A DNA stretch of 64,000 nt from contig OZ024762.1 of NCBI GenBank assembly GCA_964016885.1, forward strand, positions 27,652,001 to 27,716,000. Direction: 5' to 3'. This DNA comes from Eledone cirrhosa. Lineage: Eukaryota. A program made the position numbers and the translations under genes. The notes under the pieces are model-generated. The model was not told the DNA's origin and ran no database searches. It worked only from the letters and a program-made list of their open reading frames with translations. Positions 41,533 through 55,619 of this stretch are shown in pieces. Each line of letters starts with the position of its first letter. The first letter of the stretch is position 1.

Positions 41533-41621
41533 TTAGTTGGTTCACCACTAGATAGAAACTGGCCATTCCGTATGGTCAATCTCGATGTAATATTATGGAG
41601 AGTACTCAACGTAATGCAACT

Positions 41622-41664
<43 letters not shown>

Positions 41665-41771
41665 CTACGATGTAGTTTGAAAAAGATTTGACTGTTACTT
41701 GTAGTACATCAAGCTATGAAAGTATGTGTTATACTAATTTTATCTAGCAATGTTGTAGCTTAGAAAATAAC

Positions 41772-41890
41772 TGTTTCTCTACTTAGGCACAGGCCAGCAG
41801 TTTTGGGGGGTGGAGGGGAAAGTCGATTAAATCGACACCAATGCATTACTGGTACTTTATTTTATCGACCTCGGCGGGATTTGAACTCAT
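41772..41890 (-). mobile_element. SINE fragment, same family as 27595-27738
   Basis: Reverse complement contains gagttcaaatcccgccgaggtcgataaaataaagtaccagt...ggcctgtgcctaagtagagaaac. Confidence 0.65.
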
Positions 41891-41894
41891 GTGT

Positions 41895-42445
41895 TATGGT
41901 GTTGTGTGTTGTAGTGTGGTGTGTTTTGGTGTGGTGCGGTGTGGTGTGTTTTGGTGTGGTGCGGTGGTGGTGTGTGTTTTGGTGTGGTGCGATGTGGTGT
42001 GTTGTGGTGTGTTGTGGTGTCTTCTTCTTCTTATTATTATTATTATTATTATTATTGTTCTTCTTCTTCTTCTTCTTCTTCTTCTTCTTCTTCTTCTTCT
42101 TCTTCTTCTTCTTCCATTGTCTCTTTCTTTTCTTTCACTATATAAACGGTGTACCACAACACAAGAAGAAGAAGAAGAAGAAAAAGAAGAAGAAGAAGAA
42201 GAAGAAGAAGAAGAAGAAGAAGAAGAAGAAGAAGAAGAAGAAAAGAAGAAGAAGAAGAAGAAGAAGAAGAAGAAGGAAGAAGAAGGAGGGAGGAGGAGGA
42301 GGAGGAGGAGGAGGAGAAGAAGAAGAAGAAGAAGAAGAAGAAGAAGAAGAAGAAGAAGAAGAGAAGAAGAAGAAGAAGAAGAAGAAGAAGAAGAAGAAGA
42401 AGAAGAAGAAGAAGAAGAAGAAGAAGGAAGCAGCAGCAGCAGCGA
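41895..42445. repeat. Compound microsatellites (GTGTG, ATT, CTT, GAA, GGA)
   Basis: Direct inspection. Confidence 0.95.
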
Positions 42446-42805
42446 GATCAAAAGATGTGTTAAAGTTGTAATTACTGTAAAAATAGATTTAATGAAAAGC
42501 TCTATAAATTTATCATCAGAGGAAATGACAGAAAAAGGAGAGAGAGAGGAGATCTATTTTTGAGGTTATCTCTTGTAGAGAATTGAGTTCCTTTGGTGTA
42601 AAAAAACCGTTGATTTACTCTCAGTTCAACATTCGTGTTGTTGTTGTAGTTGTTGTTGTTGTTAAAACCCCCCGAGGTCAATTTTTGATCAAAGGTGTTA
42701 TAGCTGTACACACTTTGTCGTTTTGGTTGTTGGTGGTGGTGTCGTGGTTTTTTTTGTTGTTGTTGGTGGTGGTGGTGTCGTTTTTATTTTTGTTTTGTTT
42801 TGTAA

Positions 42806-43170
42806 GACATAGTGTATCTAGGACTACATTATCTAATGTGTTATATCATTTATTCAGATATAGTGCATCTACGACTACATTATCTAATGTGTCCTGTCTT
42901 TTAATTAGACACAGTGTATCTAAGACTACATTATCTAATGTGTTATGTCATTCATTCAGACATAGTGTATCTACGACTACATTATCTAATGTGTCCTGTC
43001 TTTTAACTAGACACAGTGTATCTAAGACTACATTATCTAATGTGTTATGTCATCCATTCAGACACAGTGTATCTAGGACTACATTATCTAATGTGTCCTG
43101 TCTTTTATTCTGACATAGTGTATCTAGGACTACATTATCTAATGTGTGTCTTTTATTGATATAGTGTAGC
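42806..43170. repeat. 51-bp minisatellite with alternating A/B variants (102-bp higher-order unit), about 7 copies
   Basis: Core gtgtatcta(g/a/c)gactacattatctaatgtg followed alternately by ttatgtcatt/ttatatcatt or tcctgtcttt. Confidence 0.85.
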
Positions 43171-43179
43171 AGCAACATT

Positions 43180-43199
43180 GTAGTAGTAGTAGTAGCAGC

Positions 43200-43297
<98 letters not shown>

Positions 43298-43516
43298 CAG
43301 CAGCAGTAGTAGTAGTAGCAGCAGCAGTAGTAGTAGCAGCAGCAGTAGTAGTAGTAGCAGCAGTAATAGCAGCAGCAATAGTAGCAGCAATAGTAGTAGC
43401 AGCAGCAGTAGTAGTAGCAGCAGTAGTAGCAAGCAGCAGTAGTGGCAGCAATAGTAGTAGCAGCAGTAGTGGCAGCAATAGTAGTAGCAGCAGTAGTAGC
43501 AGTAGCAGCAGCAATG

Positions 43517-43595
<79 letters not shown>

Positions 43596-43677
43596 TAGTA
43601 GTGGTAGTAGTACTGGTAGTGGTAATAGTAGTAGTGGTAGTAGTAGTAACAGTAGTAGTAGTAACAAAGTAGTAACA

Positions 43678-43735
<58 letters not shown>
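43180..43735. repeat. (GTA)n/(GCA)n microsatellite
   Basis: Direct inspection. Confidence 0.95.
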
Positions 43736-43738
<3 letters not shown>

Positions 43739-44077
43739 GTAATTATAGAGATGTCAGTATGTATATTGTATGAGATGTAGTAAATTCCTAATTGCTCCAG
43801 TTTCACAAGATGGTCGACAGCAATTAAGATTATCTTGATACTAATTAATATCTGGTACGATAGAGAGAGAGGGTGGTGAGGGGAGGATAGATAGATATGA
43901 TGGGAGATGAGAGGTTATATGTAGATAGAGAGAGGGAGGGTAGTGAGGTGGGGGACATATATATAGAGAGGGGAGAGAGACAGAGAGAGAAAGATCGGGG
44001 GGTATATATATATATAGAGAGAGAGAGAGAATGGAGGAGGTGAGACATGGGGTTGAGCGAGAAGAGAGTATGGTGGG

Positions 44078-44206
<129 letters not shown>

Positions 44207-44212
44207 TGAGGG

Positions 44213-44243
<31 letters not shown>

Positions 44244-44396
44244 TGTGTGTGGGTGTGTGTGTGGGTGTGGGTGAGAGCAAGGTGGGGACATATATATAGA
44301 GGGAACATGGCGTGAGGGAGGAGAGATACGGTGGAAGAAAGGATATATGTATATGTGTGGGAGAGAGAGAGAGAGAGAGGGGGAGAGAGAGAGAGA

Positions 44397-44451
<55 letters not shown>

Positions 44452-44517
44452 GGAGGAAGGGAGAGAGGCAGAGAGAGAGAGACAGACGGAAAAAGGGCGA
44501 GAGAAGCAGAGAGTGAG

Positions 44518-44579
<62 letters not shown>

Positions 44580-45027
44580 GGTGACTGTCTGAAACATATG
44601 GAGAAAATACGTGGGTGGCCGTGTGGAGATACGGATGGGCGACAGGTGGATAGATGCATAGATGAATGGGTGGTTGGTTGGATGTATGGTTGAGTGGATA
44701 AAGTAGAAGGGTGTGTTAGGAATATAGATAAATGGATGGGTGAGTGTGGATATGGAGGTGTGAAAAGGGTGAAAAAGAATATAACATGGGTTTCATCACT
44801 CTACCAAATATCGTGTCTCAAAGAAATATAAGTATGATGTTAACGGCTAGAATGTTTTTTTTTTGTTTTCTTTTTAATTATACGTCTACTAGATTATAAT
44901 AAACTTGTGGGGGGAGGACGATATTTGTAGTTACACATACTATTATATTGATGTAATCGTAGATACAAAAGGGAGAGAGGGTTTGAAGGAGGAGAAATAT
45001 GATGGAAGGGATATATATGTATATATG

Positions 45028-45062
<35 letters not shown>

Positions 45063-45065
45063 GTA

Positions 45066-45124
<59 letters not shown>

Positions 45125-45296
45125 TTCATTTATGTATATATATATGCATATATATATATATATGCAAAAATATATATATATATATATATATATACATGAA
45201 TGAAGTATTTCCGTCGGAAAGGTACAGGAAAAGGGAGTGCTCTGGGTAGGCTACAGAGCTTATTAGTTATGTAATAAACAACATAAAATAATTATT

Positions 45297-45355
45297 TCAT
45301 TTACCAGTGGTTTCTTGAAGGCAGATGTTATGTCTGCCTTCAGTCGTCAGAATGA
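45297..45355 (-). ncRNA. Hammerhead ribozyme with a 10-bp perfect stem II and a closed stem III
   Basis: Minus strand: tcatt-CTGACGA-c-tgaaggcaga-cataaca-tctgccttca-a-GAAA-cc-act-gg-TA-aatga. Confidence 0.82.
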
Positions 45356-45723
45356 ATAAATAACATGGTGTTTTTATAAAATATGGATTTGAAAACAAAA
45401 TTTAGGAAATATGAAAGTGAGGCTGAAAAGCAACGGGCAAAAAGGAAATAGGGGAAAAATATATAGATAAATATCCAGAACATAAACATACACACACTCA
45501 TCCACGCGCATATACGTAAAAGTAAGTAGACGTATACTTTCTCACATAAGCGCATTTGTGTCTACATGGAAATACGAACAGACACATAAATACATACACA
45601 CACATATACACAAATATATATGCACTCATATATGTACACACAAACACGTATAAAAAAAGAGGGTATACACACACATACATACATACAAACACAAAAGGCT
45701 CTATACATACTCGACTTGTATAT

Positions 45724-45770
<47 letters not shown>

Positions 45771-45799
45771 CATATACAATATATATATATATATATACA

Positions 45800-46091
45800 T
45801 ATACAATATGTTGAAAAGGTAACACACTAGAGAGAGATACAGTGCGCCGTCAATAAAACAGGGAAAACCACCAGTGTACGGAATCTATAACCTATGAAAG
45901 GCAGAATATAGACACGATAATTAAAAATATAAATAAAAGCGTAAATAAATACCTCTTTATTGATGCGCACTGTATCTCTCTCTGGTGTGTTACCTTTTCA
46001 ACATATTGTATTCTAAAGTGCCCAGGATTTCCTCTCCTTTGAGCACATTATTTACAGGGACCGGCGAGAGTCTATGGCTCCGTTAATGTAT

Positions 46092-46131
<40 letters not shown>

Positions 46132-46192
46132 ATACATTAACGGAGCCATAGACTCTCGCCGGTCCCTGTAAATAATGTGCTCAAAGGAGAGG

Positions 46193-46196
<4 letters not shown>
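45800..46196. mobile_element. Fold-back insertion with tail, and the tail itself mirrored across (TA)n
   Basis: Arms 45800-45857 / 45956-46011. Tail segment 46027-46095 is inverted at 46127-46196. Confidence 0.7.
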
Positions 46197-46267
<71 letters not shown>

Positions 46268-46367
46268 ATACATACCAACACACATATATATCCTAGAAAC
46301 AATCGTAAAATGATGAATTTTTTAATATAAGGAATTTGTTCTTTGTTTTTATTCATTGTTTTTATTA

Positions 46368-46447
<80 letters not shown>

Positions 46448-46484
46448 TTATTGGCAACATGACCCTCCCAAAGTGTAACAATAT

Positions 46485-47737
46485 ATACAAATGAATATAT
46501 GATAAACACTAATACAAGTATATAAGTGTTTGTATTGCAAATGACCAAGTTAGCTAGATTGAAAAAAACTAATTAAATTAATACAGTTTGCCTGTCTCGA
46601 TTTAAAATAATAAATCAATAAAAACAAATCCATATTGGCAATAGCCGTGATACCTGGACAAATTTAAATTTCAAAACTCAAATCTGTTTCGCAACAATAA
46701 GTGGAAATTCCATTTCTGTGCTCAGCTGCAGGTATCCAGAAATTGGTATGTTTCACTTCAAAATACTTAGGAAGACTGAGAGAAATGTGTTGTTGAACGC
46801 ACATGTTTCCCAGTGTCTAGCCAGCCCTATACTTGTGCCGCCAGAAATAGCAGCCGGTTTTATGGGACCAAAAAATTTAGCTCAACACATGGAGCCGAGA
46901 ATACTATATATAGAGTTATAAACTCAAACAGTCTTTTACAATTAAATAGCTCAAAGAAATATTTCTGAGCCGTGAAATACAAATGAATATATGATAAACA
47001 CTAATACAAGTATATATATTGCAAATAACCAAGTTAGCTAGATTGAAAAATACTAATTAAATTAATACAGTTTGCCTGTCTCGATTTAAAATAATAAATC
47101 AATAAAAACATATTCTCGGCTCCATGCGTTGAGCTAAATTTTTTGGTCCCATAAAACCGGCTGCTATTTCTGGCGGCACGAGTATAGGACTGGCTAGACG
47201 CTGGGAAACATGTGCGTTCAACAACACATTTCTCTCAGTCTTCCTAAGTATTTTGAAGTGAAACATACCAATTTCTGGATACCTGCAGCTGAGCACAGAA
47301 ATAGAATTTTCACTTATTGTTGCGAAACAGATTTGAGTTTTGAAATTTAAATTTGTCCAGGTATCACGACTATTGCCAATATGGGTTTGTTTTTATTGAT
47401 TTATTATTTTAAATCGAGACAGGCAAACTGTATTAATTTAATTAGTATTTTTCAATCTAGCTAACTTGGTCATTTGCAATACAAACACTTATATACTTGT
47501 ATTAGTGTTTATCATATATTCATTTGTATTTCACGGCTCAGAAATATTTCTTTGAGCTATTTAATTGTAAAAGACTGTTTGAGTTTATAACTCTATATAT
47601 AGTATTCTCGGCTCCATGTGTTGAGCTAAATTTTTTGGTCCCATAAAACCGACTGCTATTTCTGGCGGCACGAGTATAGGACTGGCTAGACGCTGGGAAA
47701 CATGTGCGTTCAACAACACATTTCTCTCAGTCTTCCT
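46485..47737. repeat. About 490-bp unit present as two about 1.3-mer arrays in opposite orientation and different phase
   Basis: 46485-46975 continues into a partial repeat 46976-47110. 47111-47737 is the reverse complement starting at another point of the unit. TA runs at both outer ends. Confidence 0.85.
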
Positions 47738-48216
47738 ATATATATAATATACACACACACATATATACATGCACATGTATATATCAATATGTGCGGAACC
47801 ATTGGGAAGTAGTTCAGATCAAAATAAGTTAAAAAAAGGCACGTGTTGACAACGAACGGTGTGAGGGAGGTGGTTAATAAATACAGACAACTTAAAAATA
47901 AACAAATACACACGATATGTATATATATATACCTTCACACACATACAAACACACACATATATGTATATATATATAATAAATAAATAATATATACATATAT
48001 ATATGCATATATATATATATACACACACCTATATATATACATACATATATATACCTACACACACATACAAACACACACATATATATATAAATAAAAAATA
48101 AATATATATACATATATATATTCATATATATACACACACATATATATATATACATACATATATATATACACACATCCACATACATACACAAATAAATAAA
48201 TAAATAAACAAATATA

Positions 48217-48415
48217 TATTTTATCTGATGAAAGCGTACCAATGTTGTCTTGGTTGCCCTTGAAATATATATAATAAAATAAATATGGTTTTATAAATAC
48301 AGTTTCCATTTATTTAATATCATTGAATATTTACTCCAGTAAACTGTTGAGTGCTCTAAATCAGTTATAAACATTTATATTTGTCGGACTTCCAACAAAT
48401 TAAATACCCCTTCTA

Positions 48416-48418
<3 letters not shown>
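48217..48418 (+). mobile_element. Solo pLTR with hammerhead (48217-48280) and tail
   Basis: attttat-CTGATGA-aagcgtacc...ccctt-GAAATATATATA-ataaaat. Tail actccagtaaactgttgagtgc. Confidence 0.75.
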
Positions 48419-48494
<76 letters not shown>

Positions 48495-48499
<5 letters not shown>

Positions 48500-48836
48500 T
48501 TCAAAATATTAACAAAAATAGACATTCGGGTGATCAAGTATATTTTATTTTATATATTTCAGAGGTACTGAGCTATCTTCAACAGTACGTCCTCATCAGA
48601 TAAAATAAGATGATGCATGACATACCTTGACTAAGTAGATGGTTAAAATTCAGTCATGGCCATAACTGAATTTTAACCATCTACTTAGTCAAGGTATGTC
48701 ATGCATCATCTTATTTTATCTGATGAGGACGTACTGTTGAAGATAGCTCAGTACCTCTGAAATATATAAAATAAAATATACTTGATCACCCGAATGTCTA
48801 TTTTTGTTAATATTTTGAATTAATATTAATAACTCT
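48495..48836. mobile_element. Fold-back pLTR with two hammerheads (48541-48606 minus, 48712-48777 plus); tail resumes at 52463-52551 after an RTE insertion
   Basis: Arms 48495-48655 / 48660-48825. CTGATGA-ggacgtactg...cagtacctct-GAAATATATA. Related to the 11327/22805 pLTR family. Confidence 0.82.
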
Positions 48837-51800
48837 TATTAATGGTCAGTCCACTTCAACTCTTATTAATGGTCAGTCCACTTCTACGAAATGTAATGTA
48901 AAAATACCATTTTCTTCTTCTCCCCATCCTTCGGTTCATTCATCCATATATCTGTATAATCGCCCAAAATCCAATCCTGCTTTCTCAATGCTATTCTATA
49001 ATTCTGTCTGGCTGTTCTAAATAATCTTGTGCATTTTAAAATCCCAGTATATCGCTTATTACTGTTATATGCTTTATTTAAAACCTTCTCCTCGCTAACT
49101 ACCCCATACCTCTCCCGCCCTCCCCCACTCTCCACCATTATTATTTGGACCAATCATAAGTCAGCGGCCTATGCTTTCACTTCTCCTGTTTGCTTTTCGA
49201 TATGATGGATGGACTAAGGAATTCTGGAGAGTCTGAAGAATCTGGACACTCAGTGACAATGCCAAAGATAACGACAAATTCACCTCATACTGCCGGACGA
49301 AAAGGCAAGGACTCCTCCTCTTTGTTTCGGCCGCGGATGGCCAACATAACCCCAACCCCATCCCCCTCACCCCTCCCCCGCGCCCCACCCACCAAACGCA
49401 ATCCAAAACTTCAGAGTTGGTACCATGAATGTAGGCACCTTAAAGGTCGCTCTAACGAGGTTGTAGAAATGTTTCAACGTAAGGAGGTTGATGTTTGCTG
49501 TATCCAAGAGACCAGGTGGAGGGGCGGGTCTGCTAGATTCATTGTGGGTAAAAAACGATGCTATACGCTTTTCTGGGTGGGAAATGACAATGGGCTGGGT
49601 GGGTTAGGAATCATGTTAGCAGAAAAATGGGTGGATAAGATAATAGACGTAAATAGAGTGAGCGACAGAATAATTAAAATAAGACTTGTTATAAATAGAA
49701 CTACTGTGACAGTAATATCTGCGTACGTACCCCAATCCGGACTGCCTGGCGCTATAAATGACAGATTCTATGAGACACTGATGCTCACTACCTCCCAAAT
49801 AACCGACAGTGACTATATAATTATTGCTGGCGACCTAAATGGTCACGTTGGACAACATTGTGACGGCTATGACGGAATCCATGGAGGCTATGGGTTTGGT
49901 ACTAGAAATGAGGAAGGCTCCAGAATCCTGGAATTCTGTGACGCAAATAACCTAACTATCTGTAACACTAACTTCTAAAAACGAGACAATCACTTGGTCA
50001 CCTATAGATCTGGGGAACACAAAAGCCAGGTAGATTATAGCCTTACCAGAAGACGTGACAGAGTGTCTGTTGTAAACACTAAATCCCTCCCCCATGAAGA
50101 ATGCATCTCTCAACATAGACTCATAATTAGCCACCTCATAGTCAGGACGAGACATAATCGACAACAGATGAGGACTATCCTCAGGAGAAAAATATGGAAG
50201 CTAAAGGACCCCACAACAAGTAACAAATTTAAAAGCATATTACTTGATGCTTTCGACAGTAAGGAAGAGCAATTAGAGCCGTACAATATAGAGGAATAGT
50301 GGGATTTCCTGAAAGCAAACCTGCTGATGGCGGCAGATGAAGTCTGTGGCTGGAGCAGACCTATAGGCAGGAGGAGAGTAACGTGGTGGTGGAACAGTAA
50401 GGTGGAGGAGTCAATTAAGGCCAAAAAGCAGGCTTGGAAAGTATGGCGGGATGGGGGAAGTAGAGAAGACTATTAAGTGGCCAGGAGGGAAGCTAGGAGA
50501 CAAGTGTACTTCGCAAGAAGGGAAGCAGAGGAAAGAAAGTTCAAGCATGTTCTACAACGCGAGGACCAAAAACGTGAGGTGTTCAGGATTGCTAGGCAAT
50601 GTGTCAAGGAAAACCGTGATATTGTCGGGGAGAAGTGTGTCCTTAATGATGATGGTGTACTTGCCAACACTGACGCTGATAAGAAGGTAGCTTGGAAGTG
50701 TCACTATGAAAGGCTACTAAATGAGGAGAAAGACAGTCTCCCCCACATCGATCCAATAGAGGGACCAGCAGTGTTAGTCGAAGGTAGTATAATAAGTAAG
50801 GCAATCAAAGATATGAAGACGGGTAAGGCGGCTGGGCCTTCGGAAATAGTTGCTGAAATGATGGTGGGCTCCTAGCAAACTAGGTGTTGATGAATGGCTT
50901 GTGAGAGCTATACAAGCCATGTATAAAGAAACAGTCAGCAAGGTTAGAATTAACACCTAATATAGTGAAGAGTTTAGCGTAAAAGTTGGTGTTCATCAGG
51001 GCTCCGTTCTTAGCCCCTTACTATTTATTATTGCCCTTCAGGCTATAACAGAGGAGTTCAAGACCGGCTGCCCATGGGAACACCTATACGCAGATGATCT
51101 AACGCCCATAGCTGAATCAATGGCTGAACTAGAGAAGAAATTCCAAACATGGAAGCATGGCCTAGAATCAAAAGGCCTTAAAATTAACCTGTCTAAGACT
51201 AAAGTTCTAGTTTGTAGGAAGGAAAATAGGGAACCGGTCCCATCCAGGAAATGGCCATGCTCAGTGTGTAGGAAAGGAGTAGGCAGAAACTCCATTTTAT
51301 GTCCCAATTGCAAAGTATGGGTGCATAAAAGATGTACTGGGATCACAGGTAAGCTAACTAAGAATATAGATTGTATATGTGGCCGGTGCTCTGGTGCAAT
51401 AAGTAGCAGCAAGTGCCCACAGAATACTAGCTCATTCCATTGCACAGATGGTTCTATAGAAATAGTAGACACCTTACGTTACTTGGGTGACAAAATCAGC
51501 AGTGGTGGAGGGTGCTCTGAAAGTACAGTAGCTAGAGTCAGAACTGGATGGAAAAAGTTCAGAGAGCTTATACCACTATTGGCCGCTAAAGGGTTCTCTC
51601 TAAAAATGAAAGGCAGGCTGTATGATGCCTGCATACGAACAGCAATGTTACATGGCAGTGAGACCTAGGCATTGTGTGCAGAGGATATACGCAGACTGAA
51701 GAGGAACGAAGCTTGCATGCTCCGCTGGATGTGTAATAGTAATATACGTGAACGGCAAAGCATAAACAAACTAAGGGAAAAATTAGAAATAAGAGGGATC

Positions 51801-52413
51801 AGATGTTGTTTACTCGAGAGAAGACTACGTTGGTACTGTCACGTGATGCGCATGAAAGACGACAGCTGTATAAAAAATGCAGGGCAATAAAAATAAACGG
51901 TAGCCACGGAGTAAGCAGACCAAAAAAAACCTGGGACGATCTGATAAATTCCGACCTCACACACTTACACCTCTCCAAGACAATGTCACTGGACCGAGAT
52001 CTTTGGCGCTACACAGTAATACAGAAGACGCGCCTTACCTAAGTATAAAGAGAAACCTATTGCAGTCATTAGGCACCTCTAACAAAAATAGACCCCCGTC
52101 CCACTACCTCCACCCCATCCACAGCACCCCTTTCAATGTAAAGTTATGTTGGTACCACAACATCCAGCCCGAAACAAATGAGGTCGTGTAGGTGTCACGA
52201 CAAAAAAAACACACAGTCCACGCTGTAATGTGGCCGTGTAGGTAACACGGTAAAAACCTCCCAGTCCACACTGTAAACGTGGTTGGTGTTAGGAAGGGCA
52301 TCCAGCCGTAGAAAACCCGCCAGACAGTCCTATGCGAGCAAAACAACCACTCTTGCCTCAAGTGGGAAAACTCCCGTCCAAACCCATGCAAGCGTGGAAG
52401 ATGGACGTTAAAC

Positions 52414-52462
<49 letters not shown>
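48837..52462 (+). mobile_element. RTE-clade LINE with both ends present (APE, RT, PHD-like finger), pseudogenised with an internal RT deletion
   Basis: APE motifs CCIQETRW, SAYVPQ, GDLNGHVG, SQVDY. Deletion near 50862 relative to the copy at 59453-59843. (GAT)n tail and flanking aactc duplication. Confidence 0.93.
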
Positions 52463-52465
<3 letters not shown>

Positions 52466-52548
52466 TCCGGAAAACAAAACTGTGGAGTGCTTCTAATCTA
52501 TTGTAAAACTGTATTCTTTGATTTATTCATTGAACCTTGTTTAACCTT

Positions 52549-52644
<96 letters not shown>

Positions 52645-52741
52645 TACATATATATTTATATCAGTACTTATCAACCTAACTAACTTAGTCATTTGCAATT
52701 GGAACACATGTATACTTATATCGAGTTTATAACTCAATCTA

Positions 52742-52799
<58 letters not shown>

Positions 52800-52805
<6 letters not shown>

Positions 52806-54080
52806 AAAAATATTTTTACTATCCTAGAGAAAAACTTCCCGCCAAACCATAAATACCATCAAATTTTAAATAGATCAATGGTCAAATTCTCCTACTCAAC
52901 AATCAAAAATATACAACAAAATATAAGTGCCTATAATGTAAAAACACCATTAATATACCACCAATACATCAAGCTAACCATAATACTAAAATAAACCACA
53001 GCAAACCACCATCTCATTCACATACAAGTCGAGAAAATTCCACACCTAATTTGACTATCTCCTCTGATACAACATTCACGAAAGGTTGTAACTGTAGAAA
53101 CAAAGCAAATTGCCCATTAAAAGGAAATTGCCTTATTAATAACGTAGTATATAAATGTAAAATTAACACTAAGGACTCAACTTATTCATATATAGGAGCT
53201 ACTTCTAACCAATTTAAAGTAAGATTTAATACCCACAAACACAGTTTTAAAAATGCCGCATTAGCTAATACAACATCCTTAGCTGAAATAATTAATAATT
53301 ATAGAAAAAAGAATATCGATTATAACCTGACTTGGAGTGTGCTCAAAAGGGCCACCCCTTATCAAAATAATAGATATGAATGTAGATTATGTTCCCAGGA
53401 ACCTTTTGAAATAATGAAAACTAAGGATATCCTATTAAATAAGCGACAAGAATTAATTATATCATGTAATCATAAAATTAGAAGAACTTTTAAATATTAT
53501 AAACCTAATTATAGGTTAACTAATTTTTTAAAAAAATAAAAAAAATTTATTACAAATTATTATAATAAATTTTTTTTTTTTTTTTTTTAAATTAGTTAAC
53601 CTATAATTAATATTCTACTATTGATGAACTGCATAATTTTATTTCCCTTTTACAGCTATCTTTTCCTAAAATTTATACCTATAAGTATACATAAACTATT
53701 TTAATTTCAGGTTATGAATCTATATTCCTTGTAATCTATATAAATTTGTTATTTCTTACTAATACATTTATCCCCACCCCCAATTTTTTTTTAGGTATGT
53801 ATATTCCCTCTGATAGTTTGTAAAAATTTTACATAGATATATGATATACATACCAAAACACACATATATATCCTAGAAACGATCGTAAAATGATGAAATT
53901 TTTAATATAAGGAACTGTTTCTTTATTTTTATTCATTATTTTTATTAATTTATCTTGACTCTGTTTTCCTGTGTTTTTCGTCGAAAAAATGTTGAATACA
54001 TCTCTTTTCATGATATTTGGATTACATTGAGTTCTTCATACGGATTGGACACTACCGTATATTTTGGTAGATTTATCTAC
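52800..54080 (+). mobile_element. 5'-truncated Hydra-clade-like PLE: GIY-YIG, pLTR and tail
   Basis: ORF 52800-52994 (FPPNHKYHQILNRSMVKFSYS) and ORF 53051-53539 (CNCRNKANCPLKGNCL...VVYKC...YIGATSNQFKVRFNTHKHSF...CRLC...LLNKRQE). Degenerate hammerhead ctgatag...GAAACGATCGTA at about 53810-53887. The pLTR also matches 46261-46370. Confidence 0.88.
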
Positions 54081-55567
54081 ATATATATATATATATATGT
54101 ATACATATTCATACATACATATATATATATATATAATGGATATATGATAAAATAGTACATAATAAAATGAATATATAATCCATCCGTACACATTCCTGTG
54201 AGACGTACACATATATATATACATATAAATACACATACATATAGAGACCCATATATACATACACACACACATATACATACATACGCACCCACATACACAC
54301 ACATACTCATACACAGCTATATATATACATATATATATATATATACACACCCACATATGTACATACATGTACATGCATGCACACACACACACGTATAAAC
54401 TCATGCATATACGTACACATACATATACATACGCAGAGGTCTACACATAAAAACACACATATAAACACAATAAGATAATAAAATAAAATAAATAAATTTG
54501 CAATATGTTAAAATACATTAAAATCTGTATATAACTTCACAAAGAGATAAATAAAAAAAAGGGGGGAGGTAAAGGAGAAGCTACGTGTATTCATGTGATA
54601 TCCTACACACAGGTGGCATAAGGTGCAAACTTAGGTCCGTATATGGAACAAGTAACAATAACAAAACAATAATAACAGTAATAATAATTGTTCCAAAGTG
54701 GAACATGTGGAGAGTATATATTCACGATTGACGGGGTACACATTCAAGGGGACGCTAGGGCCTGTCACCTTGGGGTATACCACCGTGGTTGGGGTGTGCT
54801 GTTCTATATGTTTGGGGTATTTGACTGGACGACCGTGGACTCTGTGTTAGTCGGTCCTGGCACAGGCGATGTACCTGCCCAATGTTGCGTGCTCGGTCCG
54901 GTGTGCACACTGGTTTATTTATGTTTGCCACACGGGTCGCACAATGTCATCAGGGCATGGTGTCAGGTCTCTTAATCCCGTTGGGCCGGATGTATGGGGC
55001 TGTTTAGGCAGGCGCCAATAGGCATGTGGCGGTCGGTATGTGGATGTGGGTGTGCCTGGGTATGTGTAAGAGAGGGAGAGTGTGTGCGTGTATATATGTG
55101 CATGGGGGTATGTGTGTCTACACATGTATGCGTACATATGTGTATGCATGCATGTGTGTGTGCCTGCGCGTGTGTATGTATGTGTGTGTTTATGTGGGTA
55201 CATACTCTGGGGTGTGAACAGACGTGTGAGATACCAAACCCAGCATTGCTCCATTGAATTGTGTCGGACGGAAAATGGCTGATGACACGTGTAGCAGTAA
55301 ATAGTGACCAGAACTTATGATGACGTTGAATAACAACAGCCAATGGCATGACAAGAGTGGAAGATGTTTTTTGAAGGTGTTTTTTGACGATAACACCCCA
55401 GTGAGAAAATTTGCTCCGAACGAACTACCCGTGTCCTAAGGAACCTGCAGCCGTAGACTCAGCCAGATCCATACAGTGATCATGTCTCGAGCTACCTGCC
55501 GGCAAAACAATTGTAACACGCAATAAACTGAGTCCAGATGCATCACTGATTTTTCGTTTTTTTATAC

Positions 55568-55606
<39 letters not shown>

Positions 55607-55619
55607 ATGTGGAAATATA

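Noticed and set aside
42806-43170. Repeat with constant core and variable spacer resembling a CRISPR array
   Set aside because: The spacers are just two alternating related variants, the context is eukaryotic and there are no cas genes. It is a minisatellite.
49140-49230. HDV-like ribozyme in the RTE 5' UTR
   Set aside because: Could not assemble a consistent P1-P4 nested double pseudoknot by eye.
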